46,990 bases of DNA from Guillardia theta CCMP2712. Lineage: Eukaryota; Protista; Cryptophyta. This document shows positions 1-18,250 of this stretch, one piece after another; within the stretch, counting starts at the first letter, position 1; the number at the start of each line of letters is the position of its first letter. A model generated the notes under the pieces. That model did no database searches, was not told the origin of the DNA, and saw only the letters and a list, made by a program, of their open reading frames with translations. Made by a program: the position numbers and the translations under genes. The stretch lies in contig NW_005434585.1 of the NCBI RefSeq assembly GCF_000315625.1, positions 87,649 through 134,638 of the forward strand. The letters run 5' to 3'.

Positions 1-552
1 CGGCCTCCTCCAGCTCTGCGATCCTCGCCTTTACTTTCTGGCTTGTGAGTTTTTCTTGTTTTGGTTTTCTTGGCCTTTCGTTCGTATCACTGCTGTCTTT
101 GATGTTGTCGGTTGTGTCCGAGGAAGAGGAGTCTTCCTTTCCCTTTCTTTGTATTTTCTGCTTGTGCTCGCGTTCGTTATATTCCTCCATGCTTGCTAAT
201 GATATTGTTTGTTAGTTACAGTAAATTCAATACATCCTCACCTTTTCGCTTTCTTGTTTCAGATGTCATTCGTTCCTGCCCTTGTTCCTTCTTTACAGTA
301 CATCAGCATCTTTCATACCATCTCGTTTCTTACCTGATCGTCTTCTTGGGATTTGATCGTGACGTGCCCCTTTGGCTTCTTGGCCGCAGCTGCAGCTGCA
401 GCTGCACTCGAATCATCGGGCTCATTTCCCGTTGCTTCCCTGTCCCTCTTGCTCATCTTTGCTTTCAACAGCTTCATCATGATCGCATCGATTGAATCAT
501 CAGGGAGGTTCAATAGAATCCTCTCTATCTCGTCCACGTTGCCTTGATCCAT
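1..552 (-). CDS. Hypothetical charged/low-complexity protein, spliced, runs off the left edge of the window
   Basis: ATG at 552 (MDQGNVDEIERILLNLPDDSIDAIMMKLLKAK...poly-Ala...QEDDQ). Short GT-AG introns at about 333-291 (43 nt, GTAAG donor) and 241-196 (46 nt, GTGAG donor). Lys/Glu-rich coding-like sequence continues to base 1. Confidence 0.55.
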
Positions 553-804
553 GATGGTTAAATGCTTAGGCTCAGGATTGCCCCTCCACACGATCCTCTT
601 CCGATCAAGAATACAGAGGTTGTCTGAAATTTCCTGCAGCAATCTACAGGAAACATCAGTCGTGTGGTGCTGAAAATCCTTCCACGAACCGTCATCTTTT
701 TTCTCTTCACCTCTTACTCTTCCTCGTCTCTCTCCTTCATTTCGCAGCCTCCCTGCTCCACTTCCTCGACATCTATCGCACGTGAAGTGAGACATTATTG
801 AGAT

Positions 805-1262
805 GCGAGCCGGGCGCCGCCTCAGCAGCAGATCCGAGCCCGGCCAGTGACGGACTCGGCCCGGTCGGACTCGTCGGATCGGACTCGGCGGAGGCTCCGA
901 GTCGAGTCCGGGCCGGCCGGGCGGCCTGGCCCGGTGACTCGGTGAAAATGAACTGCCGGCGCAGCCAAGATTATTCGACTGATGGGTAGGGCTTGAGAAG
1001 TGCAACGCACTGCAGTCCTCCGATCACACAGGCTCAGTCCGTGCCCTCAGCATCAAATATTCAGTATGTGGCCGTACTTCCATATCATATAAGGGCGTCG
1101 GATTAGGCAACTGTCACTCTCTCGGCACCTAGTCCGGGCCGCTGCTACCCAACAGGCCCGGTCCGACCCTCCCTGACGGTCCCGGCGGGAGGATCAGGGT
1201 GGAGGTGAGGCGGGCCCCTCTGCGGGCCCTTGGATCATCCGGGGGCAGGCGTGGGGATGAGG
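805..1262. repeat. GC/CpG-rich intergenic island with repeated GGACTCG/CGAGTCC foldback motifs
   Basis: GGACTCG at 852, 867 and 881, GACTCGG at 936, and the reverse complements CGAGTC(C) at 898 and 903. A second GC-rich block lies at about 1130-1262. Confidence 0.5.
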
Positions 1263-1284
1263 TCTCCTAGTCAGTGAACTTTCC

Positions 1285-1480
1285 TCTTTACTACCCTACC
1301 CTCTGTCATGTTCTACTTTTGTTGTTCTTGGTACCCCCTACCCTATCTGTAAAATCGACACCCCAACAACACAATATTGACCCATCGAAATTCCTGTTCT
1401 ACAAGGGAATTGTACTCTACAACACACCACCCCAACCCCATAATTCTCTCAAGCACCCCCCATGAAAAGATACCCTACCC
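1285..1480. promoter_or_regulatory. TACCC/ACCCC-rich tract between divergently transcribed genes
   Basis: Motifs ctaccctaccct, ggtaccccctaccct, accccaacccc and taccctaccc. The same composition recurs upstream of several other genes in the window. Function is inferred from position only. Confidence 0.35.
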
Positions 1481-1559
1481 ACTGGTGCCAACTTCCACAA
1501 ACGGATAAACGTTGACTGAGGAGTTACGGTACCGACAAAAATGGAGACAGGAAGAGGAA

Positions 1560-8086
<6,527 letters not shown>

Positions 8087-8268
8087 GTGAATGAATTCTT
8101 ATCAGGTCCCTCCCCCGCCTCCTCACTCGCCGTCGCCCTCCCCGATGCTCAGGGGCGTCGAGAGTCAAGCAGGAGAGAGGCTAAGCGGTGATGTAGCTTG
8201 ACGAATCATGAGCAGGAAGAGTAGTAAGGATGAGACGCGAGCAAGAATTGATGGTGGTGTTGGTAAAC

Positions 8269-8320
<52 letters not shown>

Positions 8321-8481
8321 AACGGAAAGAATATTCTTCATTACCCGAGACCTTCTTGATCCAAACACAGTGAAAAATGTATCCAAGAAGTCATAATTCC
8401 TCACTGACCTATTCATACATGTAATCAGATACATAATCTACTACTTACCGTCATCATCTACATCATCTACATCTCAATCAG

Positions 8482-8669
8482 CATCTACTTGTAATCATCT
8501 CCATCATCTACTTGTAATCATCTCCATCATCTACTTGTAATCATCTCCATCATCTACTTGTAATCATCTCCATCATCTACTTGTAATCATCTCCATCATC
8601 TACTTGTAATCATCTCCATCATCTACTTGTAATCATCTCCATCATCTACTTGTAATCATCTCCATCATC
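8482..8669. repeat. Intergenic minisatellite, 23-bp unit CATCTACTTGTAATCATCTCCAT, about 8 copies
   Basis: Directly visible perfect tandem array. Confidence 0.9.
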
Positions 8670-8717
8670 TGATTGTTGTCATCGAATTGCGTCATCGCAA
8701 CTTCGCAAGTCACGATT

Positions 8718-8860
8718 TGGGGGCCGTTGCTTGACGACACATGGGGGTAGGGTACTAAAAGTACCGGTTATTCTTAGTAGAGTTTGTTGGAATTCGAAGT
8801 CGTTAGGTGGGGTAATCCAAGGATCAGGTGTTGGTGGGGTACTTGTAATACGCCCCAGTT
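8718..8860. promoter_or_regulatory. GGGGTA/GTACC-rich tract upstream of the DUF1338 gene
   Basis: gggggtaggggtactaaaagtaccggtt (contains a GGTACT...AGTACC hairpin), ggtggggtaat and ggtggggtact, followed by a polypurine tract at 8870-9000. Confidence 0.35.
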
Positions 8861-9092
8861 GGTTGCAGTAGGGAGAGTGGCGGAAAGGAGGGGAGAAGGG
8901 AGGAGGAGGACAGGAGGAAGGGAGAGAGAGAGGAGGGAGAGGGAGGGAGGGAGGAGGGAGGGAGGATCGAGGAGAGGAGGGAACAAGAGGAGCTGAGAGG
9001 AGCCGAGCAGTGCTGCTGAGGAAAGTAAGCGATACGAAAGGATAGGGAAGGGGATTGGAAGATTTCGAGGAAGGATAATTATCTCATACACA

Positions 9093-10925
9093 ATGCTCGT
9101 ACAGAGTGAGATGGAAGGGAAATAAGTGATGGAAGAGTGTCGGTCTTGATGCAGCCTGGATCCATGAGCTCTTTGGACACATGGGCGCGTTCGTTCCGCC
9201 TGATTCTGTCGCAGTTGCACTTGCGGGATGATTTGCAAACGTATGATACCTCCTCGGTCAACCATGAAGCTAGGTAGGAAGGAGCCCTCACGCGATCCAC
9301 CTCGTCCTTAGCCACCATGTTGCAGCTCTCCAACGAAATCTCTCCGGTGGGATTCATTTCCCTCACTCCAGGATCCCAGGAATGCTCTTGCAAGCTGAGA
9401 TGATCTGTTCCGCTCACCCTCCTTGTTGCAGCAAAGAGTCAGGCTCAGCGCTTCACCCTCTCGCTCTTCGACAAGCTCTGGGAGCAGTGAGCTGGTTGCA
9501 GTGAGCAGAGCTGTTGCGTGACCTCCCCGTCCAGATACCGTCAGAGAGTCTCCTACGTCAGGGTGTACGAGGACATTGTAGCGAAGCACCAGGCAAGCTT
9601 TGTCAACGACCATGTGGCGTTCCGCACGATCCAAACGCAGGCAACCGAACGAATGCAGCTACTCTCACACTCGCTCAATTGACTCGTCAGAGTCCGAGCA
9701 TGGGAATCGCTTCCATTGGACGGATCTTCGAAGCTCTGGGCTACCGGGCCAAGGAGTGCTACCAGGTGTCGTCCTTCCTTGTTCGTTCAGCTCTTGACTG
9801 GAGGTTGTTAGTTCGAAGATAAACACCTCAACGCAATCTACTTCCAGCACCCCGAGCCTCTCTTCCCCAAAATCTTCGTGTCAGAGATCAGGTTTGTCTT
9901 GACTGTTGCGAGCATGAACTCAGCATGTTCCTGTTTCAGAGTTTACGAGCTCTCGGAAAAGAATCGAAATAGAATCCTCAAGTCAGTATCGTCTCACAAG
10001 TCTCTGCTCACAGATGGGCTTCTGCAAAGCATCCACAACTTGCACACAACAAGATCAAGTGAATGTCTTGTCTCCCATCTAGGTCATCGCTGACAGCATG
10101 ACGTCAGCAAGTCTAGACAGCCTCCTTGAAAGGACCCTCAACTGCCTTCAGGTTGTTCCATGGGCGCTTCCAACGTTGGAGGTGACAGAGAATACAAACG
10201 GATGTGGCAGCGTCTGCCTGAGAAAGCCGGCAGGATGTTCAAGCAGTGAACGAGGAGAGTCAGTATGCCGCATGGGTGCTTGTGAGTGCATCTCTTGTCG
10301 TCTTGTTGGTTTGCGCTCATTTGTCCTCGCAGGTGCATGGGAACAACGTCAATCACTTCACAGCTCTCATCAACTCGTGACTTTCTCTTGTGAGAAGCAG
10401 CAAACGTTTGATGTCAGCCGCAGACATAAAGTCGACAGCTTGAACGATATCGAGAAGACAGCAAAGGCTCTGGCCAGCGCAGGCACCTCTTCCACCTCTC
10501 TTCCTCTCTCCTTGAGCCTTGACACGAGGAGCAGGAGTCCCCATGAAAGACGACATCGAAGGAGAGCGAGGATCGAAGCTGCGACAGACAGCAACTGAGG
10601 TGTTTTGTGAACTTGCACGACTGCCGATCAACCTCGTTCGCCGCAGGCTGTGACCATCGACGTGCCGGTCATATGGCAGGTGAGATGATGCAGCTGATTG
10701 TGAATGGAACTGACGAGAAACTCCAGGGCAAGGTCATCAACTGCAACTGGAAGTATGCTTACTTCGAGCTCGCGCAACGAGACAGCTTCACGTGAGAGGG
10801 GAGAGAGTCGTTAGAGGAACTTGACAAGCAATTCCTGCAGAGACGAAGCTGGGAAAAGTTACCGGTATGAGGGGTTCATGAGTCATCAAGCGACCAACCT
10901 CTTTGAAATGACCAAGGGCAAGTAA
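9093..10925 (+). CDS. DUF1338 family protein (2-oxoadipate dioxygenase/decarboxylase, HglS/YdcJ-like), many short introns, 5' end uncertain
   Basis: Spliced translation gives FDKLWEQYRQRVSYVRVYEDIV..FVNDHVAFRT..GIASIGRIFEALGY..FEDKHLNAIYFQHPEPLFPKIFVSEI..YAAWVLVHGNNVNHFT..GVPMKDDIEGERGSKLRQTAT..YAYFELAQR..YEGFMSHQATNLFEMTKGK, stop TAA 10923-10925. The NDH, NHFT and E(L/F)AQR motifs carry the His-His-Glu iron ligands of this family. Confidence 0.85.
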
Positions 10926-10954
10926 AAACAGTCACAGCAAATTTCATTCAGTCT

Positions 10955-12379
10955 TCACAAAATCTTATGATTTAACAGTAGAAGGTCTTGAAAATTTCCG
11001 CTTGCCCACTCCTTCACTGCTGCAAATCTGCAATTCCTCTCCCTGTTGCGTTTGACCTCGGAGCAGTCACGGCGTATGCAAGTCTCAGCGCCAAGTTGTC
11101 GATGCTGCTTTGACCTGACGGAGTTCTCTGTGGCTGGAAGTTCTCCGTCAGCACTCGCTGCACCTGTGAGCTCGAGTTGGCCGCAGGCTGGTGGGTGAAG
11201 CATCAGTATGACGTGAAGCAATCCCTCGACCACTCACCATGCGCGCACTCTTGGGTTGAGGTGTCCCCATGCCATCTTGCCCTTCATTGACATTCCTGAC
11301 AAGTCCAGCAAGTCACGTCAGCGCTTGCAGCAGAGCACGTCGAGACAAACATGCCTTCGGCCGCCCTCGTCCCACTTGAGCAGGGATAGCGTGCTTTTGT
11401 GCGCAGCCGCACTCGATGCGCCTGTCTGCCTCTTCCCCGAAGAGTGGATCACAGTCTGATCCCTTCCGCTGATGATGTCCCCGTGGTCCACCAACTGTGT
11501 CCTCCCTCGATCGGCTTGTTTCCGGCTCTTTCTCTGATACCATGACTCCCCCGTAAGCGACATGGCCGACATCGGCAAGGCATCCTTACCTCTGCTTCCT
11601 GAGGAGGATCTCGGATGATATCACCGCTCGTCTCATACTGATGATACCAGGTCAGCCGGCTTTCCCTCCCCTCTCTTCACCTCTCCTCTCCTGCCCTCTC
11701 CTCCCTTCACTTCCTCTCTGCTTCTTCCTCCAGCTATCTCCTTCTTCGCACCTTCTTCCCAAACGTCTTCCTCTGGCTACTTGCAGTCCTTGAGTCTGGA
11801 TCGAGGATGGTGTTGGGAGAACCTTGATACCTGACAAGCCCCTCAGCTCAAGAGCCCCGGCAGGTGTAGCCTATTCAACCATCTCGGCGCATCCCCCCGG
11901 TTCTTCTTGTACGTGTACTCCTGCTCGGGCCCACTCGAAACGTTCTTCCTGCAGGGAGAGAGCTCAGCAGGGGAGGGATCGCGCGACCTCTCTGACCTGT
12001 TCTGGAAGGTGTTTTTCAGGTCAATGTCATGGAGGTTGCAACCAGTGATGTTGCGCAACTTGGCGTGCGACTCGGCGCTCTGCTTCTCGCTCTCACCGTT
12101 GAAGACGTCCCTCATCCCGCTAGAGCCGAAGCATTTCTGCAGAGAGCGTCATTCGGCATCTAACCGGCTCCTCTCTCTCCTTTCTGGGAGTCGAAGACTC
12201 CGAGTCTGCGACAGAGCTCTGATCCGGATCCTGTGGGCAGCTCCATCACAACTCGAGCACTGGCCGTGCCTTGTTCTGCTCACCCGGAGCAAATTCTTCA
12301 CATTGACTCCAGATGAGTTGAAAGAGACGGCAGATGATGTGCTTCTCGCGCTCTGCGGCCTTCGTGTAGATCCTGCCAT
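10955..12379 (-). CDS. Hypothetical Ser/Arg-rich multi-exon protein
   Basis: ATG at 12379 (MAGSTRRPQSARSTSSAVSFNSSGVNVKNLLR) followed by a GTGAG donor. Further coding-like segments (ORF 11843-12115 and others) are separated by short introns. No recognisable domain. The 3' end is approximate. Confidence 0.5.
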
Positions 12380-12744
12380 GGATAGAGTCCACACAAACAC
12401 AGCACCTGCAAACAAGCCCTGGGCTCAATGCAGGTCGACTGATACATGCCGAAGGCATCCTCTCTTTCATTCGCTAAATAGAATAGAGGACAGACATTGT
12501 TCTCTGTTATCTGACGTCTCCTGACGTGTCGCTCCAACCTGTCCCTGGTCTCTGGCTCATACATCGCTCTTTCTTTGGGCCCTGCGTTTCCTCTCGGTTG
12601 ACTCTATCTGCTCTTCCTGTCCCCCTGTCTCTACATGTTGCTATCTCCTCATCTCATCTCAGTCTCTCTCGCACTGCTCCTCTACCATCCTCCTCCTCCT
12701 TCCGCCCATGCCTCTATCCCATTTCTTGCCGTTGTCGCAGCTTG

Positions 12745-13060
12745 GGTAGGACCCAAGTGGTGTAGTGCGAGACCGAATCCAGGGGATAGGTAGGGTGGGG
12801 TACATAGGAATTGAGGGGTGGAGAGTACTTCAGAAATCCAAGGGTAGTTTTACTTTACCAGGGTGGTATGTTTGGTTGTAAGCCCGCCTCAATATGGTTC
12901 ACCCCGATGACTACCCCCAGATTTATCAAGCCTGCATGGGGTCGGTAGTCGATCCTGTTTGAGGTGGGTAGTCACCGATACTTTGCTTATCGATTGAGAT
13001 ATCCCAATATGATGTGTAATATTTCGAATCTGAAAATAAAATTTCAAAAATATCGCAAAC
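12745..13060. promoter_or_regulatory. GGGGTA-rich tract plus AT-rich AAAATTTCAAAA segment between divergent genes
   Basis: ggtagggtggggtac, gagggg, gactacccc and gggtagt, then tgaaaataaaatttcaaaaa at about 13032-13051. Lies between a minus-strand start (12379) and a plus-strand start (13735). Confidence 0.35.
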
Positions 13061-13734
13061 ATGTTGAAGAATGTGCCGGAATGACTACCGCCAGTGGAAA
13101 TAGGCTTTAGAGGGGCCTACCGTTGCCAACAACCGACCATGCACAAGCTAACCGTGGGGTGGCAGTGAAGGATGTGCGGCGAAGATGCAGGGGAAGCAGG
13201 GAAGAGCATGTGCGAGATGCAGAGAGGAGGAGAGAGACTGGCATGGGAGGAACTCAGTGATGGTGTTGGTGAGTGAAGGGAAGCAAGACGTTTGCGATCG
13301 AAATAAGACTAGCCAGCGAGACGGATAGAGCAGAGGAAGGTAAAAAGGAGCAGACGCAAACGATGACATGCGTCTCAACTCTTAGAACATTGTAGGACAG
13401 AAAGAGATGAAGATACTGAGAGAGAACTGTGACTCTTGAGATCGATGATTTCATGCCGACAACCCGTAACCGAGTTTTGTAACCAAGGAAATGCGATGAT
13501 TGAACCTCTCTGATTCCGATGAATTTTGTCTTGGCTAGAGGTTGTAGCATCTCTCGATTGCCACCTCTTGAAAGCCCAACCGGATGATTCTTGAGCATTA
13601 ATTCACTGCGCAGGATGTTCTGCCTTTAACGGCGCTCTGATCAATCTGTCGTTGTCTGCACCTCAAACTTGTGAAGCATTCACACTCTTCTTGGTGGGAT
13701 CGCTTGCTTGTTTGATTGATCAACACAGTTTCCC

Positions 13735-16358
13735 ATGACGACAAAGTCGCTGCCTGCTGTCGCGACATTCAATCCGCAGAATGATGCGCCGAATGACATG
13801 AATCATCTGCTGACAAGACAAGAGCTCAAGGGACTGCCTCATTTCCTCACTCAGGATGCCATCACAGCTGCAATACGTCTGAACAAGCTCGTGCAGGAAG
13901 ATCCGGAGCACCTCCTAGAACGTACTCGCTGCTGTCCTCGATGTGTCTCCAACTGACCCGCCCTGCAGGTTCTGGGCTGCTGATCGACACGGATCCGAGG
14001 CATGTAGGGAAGACACCCATACAGAGCCTGGAGCTCCCGGGCGTCTCCTTTCAACCGAATGTTGCCAGACCGGCAAGCGTTGCAGCTGGCAGCAGACTGT
14101 CCTCTCGCCATGCTGCGAAAGAAGTAGAGAACACGCCAATCTCGTTCAGCTCCCACGAGCAAAACATGATGGAAGAAGCATCTGCGCGGGAAAAGCTCTT
14201 GTATGCACATTACCATTGTTCTTGTTCTTTTCACTGTACAATTTCACCTATTGTAGTGGTCACTGATACTGATTTTTGAAGGTATGAAATGAAACAGAAT
14301 TTGCAAAAACTGAGGGAGTATGGCAAGATGATTGGAATATCCTTTGACGTAAAGGAGTCTGTGAAGTATTCCACTCTCTCATTCATGTTCCAGGTGTCCA
14401 AGAAGAAGAGTCAGCATGGAAGGTTTCAAGGGGAGAAATGGATGGACGACGAACTGCAGACGTGGAAACATCAGGCTTCCAGGTTCCTCACGGACTCAGA
14501 TCACACTCAGAAGAAGATGATGGAAGAAGAGCCCTACCGGAAGAAAGTCATGGACTACTTGTTCAAACTCGAGAGGATCTTGAATGAAATCAAGCATGCA
14601 AAGATCTCTCGACAAAAGCAGAAAGCAAAATTAGAGAACGAACTCCAGGTAGGATCGACCTCTATGTTGGACTGCCACGGTCAGCCTTGATACTCTGTCA
14701 GGTGTCGATTCAAATGGAAGAGCGAGAACAGTCAGGTTCCGGAAAACTGGCAGAAGCTTTCAGCAGGATCAGCAACCTCAAGGAGAGAATTCAAGATACT
14801 GATCAGAAAATTCTCGACGAGAACGCCCAAAGGATGGAGTTGGAAAAGGAACACGAAGTCGCGCTGAAGGAGATGATCACCATGCGGAATCTCGTGGAGA
14901 AGGTGAAACTCTTCTGATTAGCTTTCTGCCTTGTGACTGAATCTTGAACAGACTGAAGACAGTCTTAAAGAATACAGTCATGATTTTGAAGTTTTGAGAC
15001 TACAACTGCGTGATAACTTACATGAAGTCGAGAAAAGTTTGGGACAAGGAAAGCTGTTGACGATGCTTGAAGTAAAAGACGAGCTGCAAGGCAAGTTCAA
15101 AGGTGAGCTGGAACAAAGGCAAAGAATGATCCAGAGACAAATACGATTGAAAGAGATAATCCAGGAGCATGAAGAAAGGGTAAGAGTCAGTGTCCAATCA
15201 GTTGCCTCTTTGTAATTCAAATTCTCCCAGGTAAAAGAATTGACGTCAAAGCTACAACATCAATATGATCCAAACAAGGACTCTCCAAGAAGAAATGAGT
15301 TGAAGAAAAAAGCTAAAGCATTTGAAGAAGTGTTCAATACGATGATGCAGAAGATAGGAGAAAGTGACATCACTCGGATAGTGGAATTGTACTGTCAACA
15401 GTAACTTGCCCTGCTCTCTTGATTCTTGTTCCAGGTTCCAAAAGCAGACATTAACCTTCCAAGCATGGACGGAAGCAGTACGAGACCAGGAGATACGAGT
15501 GAAAGCGCTCAAAGAAGAAAAGAAGTTTCTTGATAGGCAGCTGCTCAAGCTGTCTAGCAAGACCTCGCACTCTGTTGAGAACGAGACAAGACAATTCACA
15601 CTGTGTGAGAGAAATTATGACATGGCGCTGGAAAGGTATGATGACCTTATGCGTTGTTTTCAATGACTTGTGGCACAACAGGCTTGATGCTTTGAGTGTC
15701 AAGCTGTACCAGCTCGAGTCTTTAATGTCGCACATCAAGGAATCTATCCGCCTTGGCTTCCTCCGCATGAAGTCTTGCAAGGATCGCACTGAAGTATTCG
15801 CTTTTGATCCCTGTGCTCCTCCCTCCTTATCCTGCTTTGCAGATTCCCCCCGAAAGTTTCCCGGATGAAGGGGAGGGAGGCTTGACTGAGTGGGTCACCC
15901 TGTACGCTGACTCCCTTCTTGCCTTTGTACCCAACGAAGAGCAACTTTCTGCACTCGGAGCTGAGGGGACGGACAAGGAGTTGAGAAGTCCCGTGATGCC
16001 CAAGAAGCTGAAAGAAGCTGTGAGCAAGGCAAACAAGAGCAGCGGAGTCAGAGAATCCAACGCCTACAACACGCGAGTCTCCTTCACTTCCCGCATGAAC
16101 TTCCCCAAGGTCTCCTCGGAACGAGAACGAGAGGAGGAGGAGGGCGACACGCGAGCAGAATACACCGAAGAGGCGATTGTATCACGAGACGAGATGAAGC
16201 GACGGACAATGAGATACATCAAACTGAAAGAGCGAGAGAAGATGGAGGCAGACGCCAAGGAGCGAGGAGAAACGAATCCCAACAAGAAGAAGAAGAGCAA
16301 GAATGCTTCTCGTATAGATGCCGCTCCCTCCAGCCCACCTGGACAACCTCCTATTTGA
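13735..16358 (+). CDS. Multi-exon coiled-coil protein resembling outer dynein arm docking complex subunits (ODAD1/CCDC114, CCDC63, ODAD3/CCDC151-like)
   Basis: Chain of E/K/Q-rich exons (ORFs 13735, 13941, 14289, 14687, 14994, 15406, 15804) joined by short introns. The spliced segment AKAFEEVFNTMMQKIGESDITRIVELFQKQ resembles the EEAFxKIxxATGxxDxxxLVxxF motif of that family. The basic C-terminal tail ends at TGA 16358. Confidence 0.55.
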
Positions 16359-16528
16359 TTTGAGGCGCTAGAGATTCCTTCTCGTCATATGAATGGCTTG
16401 ATTGACTTAGCGCACCTTTACAGACATCAAATATTATTTTCTTTTTGTAAATTATCGCCCGTTGAATTTGTACTCGTGGAAATCTTTCGTCGTTGTTCAC
16501 AGTCTGTCTGATTGCTGACTGATCAGGA

Positions 16529-16796
16529 CTAGGCCATCGGTATCGGATGCGAACCGACAGGATGCAGGAGGAGGGGAGGAGGAGGAGAGTCAGGATACTG
16601 CAGCGGCGGCGATCCCCCTGCTGCTCGAGTTTCTCGTTTGGGCGTCAGCGGAGGGCTCACACGAGGAGGTTCGGAGGTAACCATCATGAACGGCTGCCGA
16701 GGCACCATCCCGTTGCTGTGTGCCTGAGGGAGAATAGGGAGAGCAGGAGCACCGGGGAGGACAGGAAGGAAAGGAGGAGGAGGAGGAGGGGGAGGG

Positions 16797-16828
<32 letters not shown>

Positions 16829-17673
16829 TGGAGGTAGCGGTACAGAAGAAAAACTTCCACGGGCTGCGGCCTGCCTGGGTACCGGGATGGGAGTGGGGAT
16901 GGAGGAAGCTTCGGCAGTTTGGCTCTTCTTGGACTGATCGACCTTGGGGGGAGGAGCCACTAGTTCAACTTGCTCCTCTTCTGCCTGAAAGGTCTTGGTC
17001 CAGTTAGAGAGGTTGTCCCAGATGCTGTCCCTCTTGGGTTGCTGCGAGCCCTCGGCAGGCTTGCTGTCCTTGTTTGGGATTGCAAAATCTTTCTCGTTGA
17101 AGCCTGGCATCCTGCTTGCAACGTATCCCCTGCTCCAGTACGTCTCCTTCTTGTACTTCCACTGGACCTTGGTCGTGCTAATCTCCTTCTTCTCCAGCAT
17201 CGACAGCTCGTCCTTCGGCAGCTCGAGCGGGGACTCCGCGTTCACCCGCTGCAGATGATCTTGCAAGGAGAGAGGAACTTCATGTACAACCCCGTTGATG
17301 GTAAGGGAGCTGGTGAAGTTTGCGCTGTCCTTGATTAGAGAAGCCTTCAGCTCCTGCATGTTCTCGAATCAATCTGATGAAGGGGAGGAGGACGGGCAGT
17401 GAAAGTGAGGGAGGAACAAGGAGGATTCACGAGAGCACTTACCTCCTTCTTTTTCTTTCCTTCCTTTCTCTCTTCTATCCTTCTTTTCACGTCTGCTATC
17501 TCCTTTTCTCTCTGCTGTATGTTACGCTCCAGCTCCGCGTTCTCCGCCTGTTTCTTCTGGACATCTTCATCCGAGGGAATGAAGGTGTCGTAGGGGGTGG
17601 AGAAGAAGGACGGGAAGGACGGGAAGGACGGGAAGGACGAGGAGTTTTCGTTGCTCCATGGCAAGTGAATCAT
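16529..17673 (-). CDS. Hypothetical protein with N-terminal coiled coil and proline-rich C-terminus
   Basis: Exon 1 (..DEDVQKKQAENAELERNIQQREKEIADVKRRIEERKEGKKKKE) ends at a GTAAG donor at 17442 and joins ORF 16529-17359 (276 aa, poly-Pro/Ala tail). Confidence 0.6.
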
Positions 17674-17942
17674 TTTCGTCCTCTGCGGTCCCGTTGTTGT
17701 TGACGATGGGTATATTAGGGGGTGGTAGGATGAGAGGGTGGAGCAGAGATGGCTGAGTGATAGGGATGATTATTATTAATTAGATCAAGATAAGGAAAAT
17801 GGTGGAGCATTAAAGGGATACATCAGTGACACTTGGAGAAGGCATTAGGTGGGTGGGTGGTGGTAAAGGTTGCTATTGGTAGGACGAAAGTAAAGAGGGG
17901 AAGAGAAACAGGAAGAGAAGCAGGGGAGAACCTCGGATACAA

Positions 17943-18051
17943 TGCTGGTGCTGCTGCTGCTGCTGGTGGTGGTGGTGGTTGTGCTGGTGGTGCTGGTGGT
18001 GATGGTGGTGCTGGTGGTCCTGGTGCTGATGATGTTGATGATGAAGCTGCC

Positions 18052-18097
<46 letters not shown>

Positions 18098-18250
18098 ACG
18101 ACGACGACGACGGTAAGGATATAAGTACAGAAATGAAGCTGGAGGCTGAGTCGGTAATTATTGTAACGATGATGATGACGACAACGATGACAACGACGAC
18201 GATGATGATGACAGTTTTGGTGGTTGTGATGACAATGTTGATGGTTGTCT
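17943..18250. repeat. Compound trinucleotide microsatellite (GCT/GGT/GAT/GAC)n, intergenic
   Basis: Visible runs of gct, ggt, gat and gac. The overlapping ORFs are homopolymeric artefacts. Confidence 0.8.

Noticed and set aside
553-1005. N-terminal 150 aa of ORF 313-1005
   Set aside because: It starts at a non-ATG codon and translates the GC-rich island and a purine tract. The ATG at 552 is the more credible start.
8482-8669. CRISPR-like array
   Set aside because: Units are head-to-tail with no unique spacers, there are no cas genes, and the context is eukaryotic.
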